DNA from: a virus | Lineage: Duplodnaviria > Caudoviricetes | IMG/VR virus record: IMGVR_UViG_2531839366_000001 | Location: 15,127-79,126 of that record | DNA: 64,000 nucleotides | Reading direction: 5' to 3' (one strand) | In this document: in pieces, positions 9,919 to 18,291 of the stretch | Numbering within the stretch: position 1 is the stretch's first letter | Layout of the letters: each line of letters starts with the position of its first letter | Notes under the pieces: model-generated | What the model was told of the DNA's origin: nothing | Database searches by the model: none | What the model saw: only the letters and a program-made list of their open reading frames with translations | Translations under genes and position numbers: made by a program

Positions 9919-9934
9919 TATGCAATATTGCATA
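9919..9934. promoter_or_regulatory. PlcR box
   Basis: TATGCAATATTGCATA matches TATGNAN4TNCATA exactly. Confidence 0.85.
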
Positions 9935-10037
9935 TTTATACGTTTAGACAAAAATTAGACCTCTATTAGTCATTCCTTAATGGTATCATAGCGAGGTGAG
10001 AGTCTTTAAGGGTTCTCCTTAATAGGAGGAAACGGAT

Positions 10038-10172
10038 ATGGAAAGAGTGCAAGCAATTATTGACAGTAATCTGAAATTCAAGAGCTGGGTTAAACAGGTA
10101 CTAGCTATAGGCGGAATATTAGGGTTCTGCTTCTTTGTGTTATATTTTTACAGTTTCTTAATTGTTATGTAA
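10038..10172 (+). CDS. 44-aa single-TM small protein
   Basis: My translation MERVQAIIDSNLKFKSWVKQVLAIGGILGFCFFVLYFYSFLIVM; RBS AGGAGG; GAGTCTT...AGGCTC hairpin downstream. Confidence 0.6.
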   Translation: MERVQAIIDSNLKFKSWVKQVLAIGGILGFCFFVLYFYSFLIVM

Positions 10173-10246
10173 ATATATACAGCTATACTAGTGGAGTCTT
10201 TCCTACAGAGGTAAGGCTCTTTTGTTGTATCTGAGGTGAATTTAAT

Positions 10247-10603
10247 ATGCCTTTCTCTACTGGTCCAATTGAAAACGTAGGAAATCAACCTACTAATGCA
10301 AATAGAGCTAGGGTTAAGATCCTCAATCGTACTGCAGGTCCACTTACTGGGGTAGTTAGATCTTTTAGACTTGACGGTACAAGAACATTAATCGAACAGA
10401 TAAACTTTAATGTGGCTGCTAATGCTTCTGAATTTATAAATCTAAGTTTAGTTCACTCTACTTTGGGACAAGCACTTCAATATGAAGTTGAAATTGTTCC
10501 TAATCAAAACGGTGGTTTATACAGTGTCTACGGAATAACACCTGGTAACGTTATTATTACTGCACAACGTGTATTGAACTCAGAATTAACGCAGATTCTT
10601 TAG
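10247..10603 (+). CDS. Bacillus STGPIEN-type small protein, probably spore/exosporium-associated
   Basis: N-terminal FSTGPIEN and C-terminal QRVLNSEL resemble B. cereus spore-surface hypothetical proteins (from memory); RBS GAGGTG. Confidence 0.55.
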   Translation: MPFSTGPIENVGNQPTNANRARVKILNRTAGPLTGVVRSFRLDGTRTLIEQINFNVAANASEFINLSLVHSTLGQALQYEVEIVPNQNGGLYSVYGITPGNVIITAQRVLNSELTQIL

Positions 10604-10893
10604 TTTTAAAAGTAAAATGGTTCAAGTCGGAGGAAGACACCTTAGGTTGTCTTTTCTTTATGAAAAATCCCCACACAATGTGCAATTTCTTAACTTGATG
10701 GTGATGTGGCGAGACCCCTGCTTGAAAACATTAGAGATATACAGAAACAAAAGCGGAAAGGTTTTTTCGGTTTGTTTTAAAGACTAATTAATTGATTAAA
10801 TGACTCTTCCAAAAAACCTTTAAATCTATTAAATAGTCTAAGCACTCTTTCATTTTTTTCATATTATATATTGAAAAAAATAATTACGAAAGG

Positions 10894-12315
10894 GTGGTCA
10901 AAATACCTCCTAAACCAAATAATAAAGAGATTCAAGTGAATAACCCTGCTCAAGATGTAGCTAATTTTCCTAGAATAACTCAAAGTGAGACTAGCCTGGC
11001 TCATTTTAAGGATTTTATCCTCTATGGATTTAATGATAGTAATAATGGCGTTGATGGGGTAGGGAATTTTAACTTTTCAGGATTTGCTTTCTCGAGGGAT
11101 TTAGGTAAACATTGGACAGATGGTGGTTCTTTACCAGTAAATCCTCTTGGAGAAAATGGCGGTGATCCTGTTATTGCAGTTGATAGAAATGGTGTATTCT
11201 ATTATGGTCAAGTTGGATTTGAAAATGTGGGAGGGGTTCCACAAGGTGTAATAAGTGTTTCGACTGGGGTAATTAATCCAAACAAAATGATAACGATGAA
11301 CCCGCCTCAGGTTGTTGGTCAGGGACAAAATCCTGTTAATAGTGTGCTAGGAAATCAAGATAAAGAATGGATTGCAGTTGGGCCAGATGCGAATAGACCG
11401 GGAAATGAGGCACTATATGTAGTCTGGACGGATTTTACTGTTGCACCAGATCCTAATATTCGCTTTTCAAAATTTAGGACAGGACAAGTATTAGCTCCCA
11501 TTATTCCAAGCAAGACAATTGTTGTAGGGGGCACTAATTTTGTTTCAGGTTCTTTTGTAGTTGTAGATAAGCAGGGTGTACTCTATGTATTTTATGAGGA
11601 AATCGCAGGAGGAAATACTGGCCGTTTAACAATCGGGGTTCCTAATAGGACAATTCAGATGATTAAATCAACTGATGGAGGGAATACTTTCTCAGCTAAG
11701 GTGCCTGTTTCAAATACTTTCGCTGCCGCTGCAACTGATACAGCAATTTGTGGGCGTCCATCTATTGGTGTTGATAACACTAGACGGATTCGTATGAATG
11801 AATTCCCTCATGCCACGATTGGACCAGATGGTACTCTCTATGCGGTATGGAATCAAGGCAGAGTGGTTGGAACTACGACCTTTATTGATGTCTTTTTAGC
11901 TTTTAGTACGGACAAGGGTAATACTTGGAACAGAGTAAATGTTACTCCTAACAATAGACCTTTTTCGTTTTTTCCTTCGGTAGCTGCTAATGCTAAAGGG
12001 GCGCATATTCAGTATAACCGCTTTAATGATCCATCAGGAGTTGGTGGAGTCGGCAATGGAACATTCGGGATATTTATGAAAACATTCTCTCGTATTACAG
12101 GTTTAAGCCCTGAAAAGATGATAAGTACTAGATTTTCTCCAGTGCCAGTTACAAATCCAAGCCCGGATACCGCAAATTGTTATATGGCTGATTACAATCA
12201 AATTATTACAGGACCCGGAAATTCCTTACTTCACTCATGGGGAGATAATCGTAATCGCTTAGATGGAAGAGATAATCCAGATGTATTCTTTAGAAAAACC
12301 GAATCAAAGCCATAA
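10894..12315 (+). CDS. BNR/Asp-box beta-propeller (sialidase-like) protein
   Basis: Asp-boxes FSRDLGKHW, KSTDGGNTF, FSTDKGNTW; GGDPVIAVD; no signal peptide. Confidence 0.8.
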   Translation: MVKIPPKPNNKEIQVNNPAQDVANFPRITQSETSLAHFKDFILYGFNDSNNGVDGVGNFNFSGFAFSRDLGKHWTDGGSLPVNPLGENGGDPVIAVDRNGVFYYGQVGFENVGGVPQGVISVSTGVINPNKMITMNPPQVVGQGQNPVNSVLGNQDKEWIAVGPDANRPGNEALYVVWTDFTVAPDPNIRFSKFRTGQVLAPIIPSKTIVVGGTNFVSGSFVVVDKQGVLYVFYEEIAGGNTGRLTIGVPNRTIQMIKSTDGGNTFSAKVPVSNTFAAAATDTAICGRPSIGVDNTRRIRMNEFPHATIGPDGTLYAVWNQGRVVGTTTFIDVFLAFSTDKGNTWNRVNVTPNNRPFSFFPSVAANAKGAHIQYNRFNDPSGVGGVGNGTFGIFMKTFSRITGLSPEKMISTRFSPVPVTNPSPDTANCYMADYNQIITGPGNSLLHSWGDNRNRLDGRDNPDVFFRKTESKP

Positions 12316-12347
12316 CCTAGTAAATTCCTCTAATAGGGGTCACCATA

Positions 12348-12438
12348 CATGCCCATCAACTTAAGAAATAGGTAATTCTCCAAAACGAAGACAATTTTCG
12401 TTTTGGGGATATTTCAAAATCTTAGCTTGATGGGCATG
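12348..12438. repeat. 91-bp imperfect palindrome (hairpin family B)
   Basis: CATGCCCATCAACTTAAGA ... CCAAAACGAA/TTCGTTTTGG ... TCTTAGCTTGATGGGCATG; related arms at 30031-30120, 10687-10706, 9583-9605. Confidence 0.75.
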
Positions 12439-12544
12439 GGATAGCAACAACAAAACGAAAATTCCGTACATTAAGCTCATTTTCAGGACGGTTTACCAAT
12501 AATCGCTATACACCAGCTTGATACAATAATATTTGGTGTGAGTT

Positions 12545-12606
12545 CAATACATATTATTAAAATTAAAGTGGTTCAAGTCGGAGGAAGGCACCTTAGGGTG
12601 TCTTTT
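12545..12606 (+). repeat. Dispersed repeat A, second full-length copy
   Basis: Near-identical to 2079-2140. Confidence 0.85.
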
Positions 12607-12683
12607 CTTAATTTTCAAAAGGACCTGCTCAATTCATGCGTACACCTGGGTTTCATCCTCTTATTAAAGGAGGAACTATTGTT

Positions 12684-12794
12684 ATGGGATATGGTGGTAG
12701 TTGCGGCGAAGGCTGCGGTTTTGCTGGAGGATTTGCTTTATTAGTTGTACTCTTTATCTTATTAATTATTATCGGATGCAGTTGCTTCTGCTAA
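12684..12794 (+). CDS. YjcZ/YhzE-family small sporulation protein, second copy (36 aa)
   Basis: My translation MGYGGSCGEGCGFAGGFALLVVLFILLIIIGCSCFC. Confidence 0.9.
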   Translation: MGYGGSCGEGCGFAGGFALLVVLFILLIIIGCSCFC

Positions 12795-12916
12795 AAAAAC
12801 TATGGGAAAAGGCACCTTAGGGTGTCTTTTTATATATATTAAAAGGCCCACCTATTTCCGTAGGTGAGCTATATGTGATTTTGCACTTGTGCACTATTAA
12901 ATTATAACAAAATTCC

Positions 12917-14743
12917 TTAATCCTCGTTAATTATATCTTGGATAATTCCAAAAACTGGACGAAAACTCTCAAAATTAACCTGATTAAACGGTTCAGCTTC
13001 ATCATAAATGTATTGAGCGAAATTATTTTTGGAAAGAGCTATATTTGTGCTATCATCAGTAATATTACAAACCCCATCATCAATAATTTGTATAGAATTT
13101 TCTCCACATTTATTTTTATTTTTGCATATTTTACTACGATCTACGCTAAGACCATATGCAGAAGAAAACTCATTTCCCATATATAGTCTTCTAAGATGTG
13201 AATCTTCTAATTTAATATCTTCATCTGTGTAGTAGTGTTCTATACAAATATTCGGGGTTGACTTTCTATGGATTGGAATTGGTAATGTAAATGAGTATAC
13301 ATTATTACCCCATTTTTTGAAATTTTCGCCATTATTTCTAGAAGCTTTATTTATTATACCTGGCTCATCTCTGTCAAATATAGCGATAATTTTCATATCA
13401 TTTTTTAATTTGGACAAAGCGGCACATAAATTTAATAAATTACTACTTCCCATATCGATTTCATCTTCAAATTTATAGAATTCAAAATTATTTTCAGTCA
13501 TTTGTCCAACTGTTTGAAATTTATTTAAAGCAGCACTTAAATGTTTCCAGTCCGTTTTACCTTCAGTGATAACTAAATGTTTAGGTACATTTTTAATTTT
13601 TTCTTGTAAAAAATTAATATCAAATGCTTCTTTAATAACTTGTTCCTCTGTCCAGTTAAAGAATTCCCCTTGATCAGGTATGATAACTTCTCCAGTAGGA
13701 GTTCTTTTTAAAACTAATACTTTATCATTCAATCGACTATCATTATGAATAACAAAAGGAGAATGCGTTGCAAAAAATAATTGTGATGTTTGAAATCCTT
13801 CACTATTTTTGAATAGGTTTTTATAAAAATCAAGGATTTTTAATTGCCATTTAGGGTGAAGGCTAATCTCAGGTTCATCTATAAATACAACTGAACCTTC
13901 TGTTGCAAGTTTATTTCTTAATAAAAAGCTTCCTCTAAAAACAATTTGTTTTTCTCCAGAGCTTAAATCATTTATCGTAATTTCTTTTCCAAACTCTTCA
14001 AATAAAATAAGCTTCCCATTTGCTGTATTTACTACTTTTTTATATTTCTTATTCGGAAAAATACTTTCAAACGCATTTTTAAATCTTTTCATACGTATAT
14101 CTCTTATACCATCAGATACTTGAGCTGTAGGATTTCCGTCAGCCCATTGTGCAAAATCTCCGTTATCTAAAGATTCGATATCGACTAATAATTGAGTAAT
14201 CTCTTGAGCAAGATTTCCTGAAGACTTAATTACATTGCCATGAGGCATATCAATATCTAACGATGTAGTATAACCTATTGCCGTTGGTGTATAATTAACA
14301 TCTACATCAGAGAAAATACTTTGAAAAAGGTTAGTTTCAATTAAAATATAGACCCCAAAATAAATATTAGATGGTTCATCAACGCTTAAAATATACGGTT
14401 GTGTAGCATCTGAAGAACCCGCTTTAGAATAATCCACTGTTATTTTTAATTCGTCACCTAATTTATAACCAAACATTCTTGATTGAAAGGATTGATCTGC
14501 CCACAATAATTGTAAATCTTTTTGAGAAAGTTTGAAAATAAATTCAGCTTTTCCATTTGATTTTTTTTGTGGAATTGGAGAACTAAAAAAATCAAATATA
14601 ATATTTAATAACGTTGATTTTCCAGTTCCATTTTCTCCAGCTAGAATGATAGTTTCAAATGGTTGTCCATCCTCATCACAAAAATTAAATTCCAAATCCT
14701 TATAAATTTCATGATCAAAAAACTTTAAAGATTTAATATACAT
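12917..14743 (-). CDS. OLD-family ABC-type ATPase fused to TOPRIM nuclease (608 aa)
   Basis: Start reassigned to MYIKSLKF after RBS GGGGGTG; Walker A GENGTGKS, signature LSSGEKQ, Walker B FIDEPEISLHP, ATHSP; TOPRIM ITEGKTD and FDRD. Confidence 0.9.
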   Translation of the reverse strand: MYIKSLKFFDHEIYKDLEFNFCDEDGQPFETIILAGENGTGKSTLLNIIFDFFSSPIPQKKSNGKAEFIFKLSQKDLQLLWADQSFQSRMFGYKLGDELKITVDYSKAGSSDATQPYILSVDEPSNIYFGVYILIETNLFQSIFSDVDVNYTPTAIGYTTSLDIDMPHGNVIKSSGNLAQEITQLLVDIESLDNGDFAQWADGNPTAQVSDGIRDIRMKRFKNAFESIFPNKKYKKVVNTANGKLILFEEFGKEITINDLSSGEKQIVFRGSFLLRNKLATEGSVVFIDEPEISLHPKWQLKILDFYKNLFKNSEGFQTSQLFFATHSPFVIHNDSRLNDKVLVLKRTPTGEVIIPDQGEFFNWTEEQVIKEAFDINFLQEKIKNVPKHLVITEGKTDWKHLSAALNKFQTVGQMTENNFEFYKFEDEIDMGSSNLLNLCAALSKLKNDMKIIAIFDRDEPGIINKASRNNGENFKKWGNNVYSFTLPIPIHRKSTPNICIEHYYTDEDIKLEDSHLRRLYMGNEFSSAYGLSVDRSKICKNKNKCGENSIQIIDDGVCNITDDSTNIALSKNNFAQYIYDEAEPFNQVNFESFRPVFGIIQDIINED

Positions 14744-14989
14744 AAGCTCCACCCCCCTTAAATATTCAAAAAACCATAGATATCTATAATAATAACAAAG
14801 ATAGATAAACAATCAGACAATAAATTTCACGTACTATATCCGATATGTAAACCAAAATTTCGAAATAAAGCATATTCTAACCATCCATCTCCTTATTCTC
14901 TAACTCAGTCAGTTATAATTCCCCTATTTATTCCTCTATCTTAGCTAGTAGTATTTCAGATTAGTATTAAACCCTGTATTTTTCATCTT

Positions 14990-15590
14990 TTCTTCATGCT
15001 TATACTTGACTAAAGGTCTTGAGGGTTTTTATCATGTGGGAACGATTAAGGAACACGGCTGGAAGGCAGATTTATCCCCTACTTTGAAAGATCACAGAAA
15101 AAGTAATCGTTCAAAATAGATGGATAAGCGTCTTTGTTTTCGCCATGCGGTCACTTATAAGGTATCCGTATGTATAGACCCTGTTCACTCAGCGATCTTC
15201 ATCGCATACATCCTTTTTCTATGGCTTGTCCTTGTAATATCGTCCCTACACGACAAACTGAATGTACTCCCTAGCACCGTAATGCTAACGATAACCTCCC
15301 GAACCTTTTAGAGACTCGTCCCTAGGCAAGTTCTCGCCTACCCTCACCAGATGAACAGGAATCCAATGAGGGGCGCTGTTTTTGTAGGCGTATACTCTGT
15401 ACCCCCTGCACGACCAACAGCAAGCCACGCCGTAACACGTTCCCGCTAAATGTATGCAGCACGGAATCACGGCTTATCAGTTTTTAATTACGTGGTATCA
15501 GGCAATTCCACGCGAACAAAAAACAAAAAGGCATCTCCAATTCCTAAATGACCTGTACATTCACAAGACTTCTAGGTTTAGAAATGCCCG
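14990..15590 (-). ncRNA. Long, GC-richer, structured non-coding segment (candidate RNA or Rep-less origin)
   Basis: About 600 nt with no credible ORF, many hairpins, visibly higher GC than its flanks; TTGATT-N18-TATATA promoter-like site at 15592-15621 on the minus strand. Confidence 0.4.
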
Positions 15591-15637
15591 TTATATATCT
15601 TTTGGACTACAAAATAATCAAAACTAGTATTTACTAG

Positions 15638-15666
15638 TTGATATTTATCCAAACAATAGATAAAAT
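15638..15666 (+). promoter_or_regulatory. Sigma-A promoter, back-to-back with a minus-strand promoter across the palindrome AACTAGTATTTACTAGTT (15622-15639)
   Basis: TTGATA-N17-TAAAAT. Confidence 0.65.
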
Positions 15667-15671
15667 GGGTA

Positions 15672-15847
15672 TATCAAAGAAGCCTCGTGAAAAGGCATAG
15701 TTGTTTAAGAATAGTGTTGGTGCACTACTTAAACGTTAATACTGTGGTTGAATACAGTTCGTTTCTAGCCAAGTGGTGGTACACTAGCTAGAAGAGTCAT
15801 TCCCGCTAAAGGTTGGTAGCCGTTAGCATATGGGAGTGGCTTTTTTA
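15672..15847 (+). ncRNA. Candidate ~175-nt multi-hairpin small RNA
   Basis: Follows the promoter; consecutive stems GCCT/AGGC, GTTTAAG/CTTAAAC, ACTGT/ACAGT, TCTAGC/GCTAGA and a terminal GTCATTCCC...GGGAGTGGC-T6 terminator. Confidence 0.55.
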
Positions 15848-16017
15848 TTTTCTGTTCATATTCAATTGTTCTATCGATCTTCGTTTATGTAAAATATCAA
15901 ATTATGTTTTGTTTTGTAGAATGTTGCTTGTTGTGTACTACGTTACAACAAGCTTTTTTGTTTGTAAATGCCTCTATAAGCTTACAATATACCACTCTAC
16001 ATAAAATTCGAATTTCA

Positions 16018-16312
16018 TTTTTATACTTTTATAATTTTATACTTTTATAAAAAACTAGTTTTTCAATAACAGAATGATAGATTTTTTATACTTTTATAAT
16101 TTTATAAAAGTATAAAAGTATATTTTTATAAAAAATATACTGATAAAGCCTGATAATACAACATTTTGAAAATAGGTTTTAAAAACTATCATCTATTTAC
16201 AGTTTAACTTTAAACTTTTTATAAAAGTATAAAATTATAAATTTATACTTTACCGTTGGTTTGTTGTGTTATAAAATCAAATTATAAATTTATAAAAGTA
16301 TAAAAAAACTTT
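16018..16312. repeat. parS/centromere-like array of TTTATA(C/A)T-type repeats upstream of parA
   Basis: Clusters such as TTATACTTTTATAATTTTATACTTTTATAAAA in direct and inverted orientation. Confidence 0.8.
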
Positions 16313-16331
16313 TTTTACGAGGTGACGGAAA

Positions 16332-17159
16332 ATGTGCAAAGTTATCACAACTGGGAACTTCAAAGGCGGGGTCGGAAAGACTACCAATGCTGTAATGTTA
16401 GCTTATACATTCGCGAAACAAGGAAAGAAAACTTTATTAGTAGATTTAGATCCACAAGCGAATGCGACTGATTTACTATTCAACACAATGAAAAAAGTCT
16501 ATTCGATTGAACCCGAATTCAAAAGAACATTAGCTATGTCTCTTATAGATGCAAACTTACAAAGTGCACTAATTAATGTGCTACCTAACTTAGACTTACT
16601 TCCTTCTTACGAGGATTTACAAACATATGAGAAGTTCCTATTCAGAAATTTTGAGGATGACTTCTCGCAAGATACTTATTTCGCAAAACAGTTAAGTTCA
16701 ATCAAAGAAAATTATGATTACATTTTTATTGATGTGCCACCACAATTAAATAAATTTGCAGACAGCGCATTAGTCGCTAGTGACTATGTTATGGTTATTT
16801 TACAAACACAAGAAAGATCATTAAAAGGTGCTCAGAAATACGTTGAACATGTATTTTCGTTAGCAGATGATTACAATTTACCTTTAGAAATTATTGGGGC
16901 ATTACCTGTACTAATGCAAAACGGGAATGAAATAGACAAAGATATTCTTCAAGAAGCCGAAGAGATTTTTGGTAAAGCCAATGTATTCAGTAATATCATT
17001 AAACAGATGGCACGTTTAAAGAGATTTGATAGAACGGGAATCACTTATAATCTGAAAGATGTTCATGATAAAAACGTTCATACTGTATACCAAAATATCG
17101 CAGGTGAAGTTGAAAAAAGAATCGAGATTTTGGAAGGAATGACAACAGTAAATGGATAA
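16332..17159 (+). CDS. parA: ParA/Soj partition ATPase (type Ib)
   Basis: Deviant Walker A NFKGGVGKTT, LVDLDPQANAT, YDYIFIDVPP; no N-terminal HTH. Confidence 0.95.
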   Translation: MCKVITTGNFKGGVGKTTNAVMLAYTFAKQGKKTLLVDLDPQANATDLLFNTMKKVYSIEPEFKRTLAMSLIDANLQSALINVLPNLDLLPSYEDLQTYEKFLFRNFEDDFSQDTYFAKQLSSIKENYDYIFIDVPPQLNKFADSALVASDYVMVILQTQERSLKGAQKYVEHVFSLADDYNLPLEIIGALPVLMQNGNEIDKDILQEAEEIFGKANVFSNIIKQMARLKRFDRTGITYNLKDVHDKNVHTVYQNIAGEVEKRIEILEGMTTVNG

Positions 17160-17511
17160 CAAATTGAATATAGACAAAGAACAACTTGGTATGAGAAGAA
17201 AGAAAACTGAAGGATCAGTAACCTTTACGCCTGAAAGTAAAGAAAATCAAGAACGTAGTTTTCCTGACGATGAGAAGCTCTTTGAAAAACCTAAGAGAAA
17301 ACTTACTACAAAAGAGTTACCAAAATCTTTCCGTGTTTCATTAGAAACACACACAGCAATATCAACACTTGCTACAATTGAAGATATGAAAATTTATGAA
17401 GTAATAAATATGTTAATTGAAGAAAAAGTTGCTTCGTTACCTACACCGAAACAAAAGTTAGTAAAAAACGCTGTAAAACAAGTACTTGAATCGAAGAAAA
17501 GTCGAGAATAG
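17152..17511 (+). CDS. Small centromere-binding partner (RHH-like)
   Basis: Overlaps the parA stop; unstructured N-terminus then KSFRVSLETHTAISTL...IYEVINMLI. Confidence 0.7.
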   Translation: MDNKLNIDKEQLGMRRKKTEGSVTFTPESKENQERSFPDDEKLFEKPKRKLTTKELPKSFRVSLETHTAISTLATIEDMKIYEVINMLIEEKVASLPTPKQKLVKNAVKQVLESKKSRE

Positions 17512-17547
17512 GAATGAAGTTAAACTTTATTCCTATCTAAATAAACG

Positions 17548-17598
17548 CATTTATAATTTTATAAAATTATAAAGTTATACTTTTATAAAATTATAAAA
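17548..17598. repeat. Second centromere-like repeat cluster
   Basis: TTTATAATTTTATAAAATTATAAAGTTATACTTTTATAAAATTATAAA, the same unit as 16018-16312. Confidence 0.75.
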
Positions 17599-17609
17599 AT
17601 CAAATAGGA

Positions 17610-17969
17610 GTGGTACCTTTGGAAAATAAAAGTAAATCTTTTGTAGTAACTGTAACGCCTATTACCGAAAGTTCGGATTTAAATACTCAACTCGATCACG
17701 CTAACATGGAAAAGGAAATACAGACACCAGAGAAACCAGATCAACGTTTAGTTCCATCTAAAACAGCTAAAATTTCACCTGCTGTTTTGCTAAAGCTAAA
17801 TACCCTTAAGCCATTTATTCAAGAACAAGAAGGTATGGATAAAACATCAATTAACAACATCATTAATATGCTTGTTGAAAACTATGTAGATACCCATCTA
17901 GCAAATCGACATTCTAAAGCATATAAAGATATGTACAAGCGTCTTTATGAGATGTTAGAAAATGAATAA
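17610..17969 (+). CDS. Second small RHH-like DNA-binding protein of the par locus
   Basis: KTAKISPAVLLKLNTL...SINNIINMLVENY has the same pattern as the upstream partner. Confidence 0.6.
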   Translation: MVPLENKSKSFVVTVTPITESSDLNTQLDHANMEKEIQTPEKPDQRLVPSKTAKISPAVLLKLNTLKPFIQEQEGMDKTSINNIINMLVENYVDTHLANRHSKAYKDMYKRLYEMLENE

Positions 17970-18041
17970 TAAGCAAAAAATACAATGAGCTGCCCATATG
18001 GACAGCTCGTTTACAAAATTATCGTTATTGGAAGTCGTTTT
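17970..18041 (-). repeat. Inverted copy of the sequence just inside the Tn4430-like IR (4779-4851), including the GAGCTGCCCATATGGACAGCTC hairpin
   Basis: About 70 bp reverse-complement match ending at TAAG, the inner end of the IR. Confidence 0.8.
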
Positions 18042-18047
18042 AAAATT

Positions 18048-18257
18048 CTACATGTTTACTTTTTTCTTGTTCTTACGAATAAACCACAACACCACCGTTA
18101 AAAATAATAAAAAAATCAGTAAAAAGAGCGGTATTTTTTGAATAAAGAAAAATCCTTTCCAAAAATCTAACCTAGTACTATCAGGAGAATCTGTTGCCAT
18201 CACACCTATAAAAAAAGACAACGGAATAGTAAGTATATTTATCCCTAAACCGATCAT
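18048..18257 (-). pseudogene. 5'-truncated paralog of the small two-TM membrane family
   Basis: FIGVMATDSPDS...FW.GF.FIQ motif; the upstream frame (KNLTFVMIGLG) runs into a 17-bp IR remnant at 18292-18308. Confidence 0.6.
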
Positions 18258-18291
18258 TACGAATGTTAGATTTTTACTCCAGATTTTTGGT

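Noticed and set aside
10840-10870. Sigma-K promoter for the sialidase-like gene
   Set aside because: CATATTATA fits the -10 element, but spacing to the -35 AC is short, so it was not called
12538-12744. 68-aa ORF over repeat A
   Set aside because: Reads through a repeat and terminator in a different frame from yjcZ copy 2
12917-14743. Gabija or retron system
   Set aside because: No adjacent UvrD-like GajB and no reverse transcriptase
15120-15470. Two short Cys-rich ORFs as possible rep genes
   Set aside because: No RBS and no Rep motifs; better explained as chance frames in a GC-richer structured region
16018-16312. Possible CRISPR array or simple low-complexity DNA
   Set aside because: Units are 8-9 bp with no unique spacers and no cas genes; their position at the par promoters fits a centromere
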